A stretch of 44,031 nt of DNA from Pseudomonadota bacterium (GTDB taxonomy: Bacteria; Desulfobacterota; WTBG01; JAGOGO01): NCBI GenBank assembly GCA_043798555.1, contig JAZDOO010000224.1, forward strand, positions 1 through 44,031, given 5' to 3'. Positions 43,868-44,031 of the stretch are shown here, one piece after another. The translations under genes and the position numbers were made by a program. Position 1 is the first letter of the stretch. Each line of letters opens with the position of its first letter. The notes under the pieces are model-generated. The model saw nothing but the letters and a program-made list of their open reading frames with translations, did no database searches and was not told the origin of the DNA.

Positions 43868-43883
43868 AAAGTGGAGGTCTTCA

Positions 43884-44031
43884 ATGGCTGGCCATAAAGA
43901 ACTTTACGATGATTATAAAATCCGGTGTGAGAAAATAAAACAAATGGGGGGAGCCAAGGCTGTGGAAACCCAGCACCAGCGGGGAAAGTGGACCGCCCGG
44001 GAAAGAGTCGAATACTTTTTTGATCCTGGTA
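43884..44031 (+). CDS. Acyl-CoA carboxyltransferase / decarboxylase alpha-type subunit (glutaconyl- or methylmalonyl-CoA decarboxylase/carboxylase family), 5' partial
   Basis: GGAGG RBS 6 nt upstream of the ATG. MAGHKELYDDYKIRCEKIKQMGGAKAVETQHQRGKWTARERVEYFFDPG matches the K-x-TARER-x-x-x-x-x-DPGS N-terminal signature of carboxyltransferases. Runs off the window. Confidence 0.75.
   Translation, partial: MAGHKELYDDYKIRCEKIKQMGGAKAVETQHQRGKWTARERVEYFFDPG

Overview
This looks like bacterial chromosome from an anaerobe (tungsten AOR, 4-hydroxybenzoyl-CoA-reductase-like Mo enzyme, BamA/Oah-like ring hydrolase, UbiD enzyme). I cannot place the taxon from sequence alone. The window has four parts.

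(1) 1-240 holds a tRNA-His/Arg/Lys cluster. A ~9.9 kb AT-rich integrative element (193-10123) is inserted in the 3' end of tRNA-Lys(CTT) and is flanked by a perfect 49-bp direct repeat. It carries an integrase, an excisionase-like HTH, a Rep-like protein, a second small recombinase with an RHH partner, exported cargo proteins and a frameshifted beta-helix/PKD surface protein.

(2) 10170-16107 is housekeeping: tRNA-Leu, tig, clpP, clpX, lon, tRNA-Val.

(3) 16125-16665 is an IS200/IS605-type element. Its Y1 transposase has an in-frame TAG upstream of the predicted catalytic Tyr. A 215-bp transposase-less derivative with the same hairpin ends lies at 43653-43867.

(4) 16666-44031 is a ~27 kb anaerobic catabolic island in two divergent arms around a TetR gene.
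- Minus arm: MoaD-like, AOR, two CrtI-family flavoproteins, two SDRs, UbiD plus a Zn-ribbon protein, DUF1329 and DUF1302.
- Plus arm: Ycf48/BNR lipoprotein, RND/MMPL transporter, PaaK-type CoA ligase, three-subunit xanthine-oxidase-family enzyme, BamA-like hydrolase, acyl-CoA dehydrogenase, carboxyltransferase.

The most unusual item is the 801-aa FAD subunit (38362-40767). A GltD/NfnB-like NAD(P)H-flavin-FeS module of about 470 aa sits inside the [4Fe-4S] loop of an HcrB-like subunit. I saw no rRNA and no CRISPR array. All homology calls come from motif recognition by eye, not from database searches.
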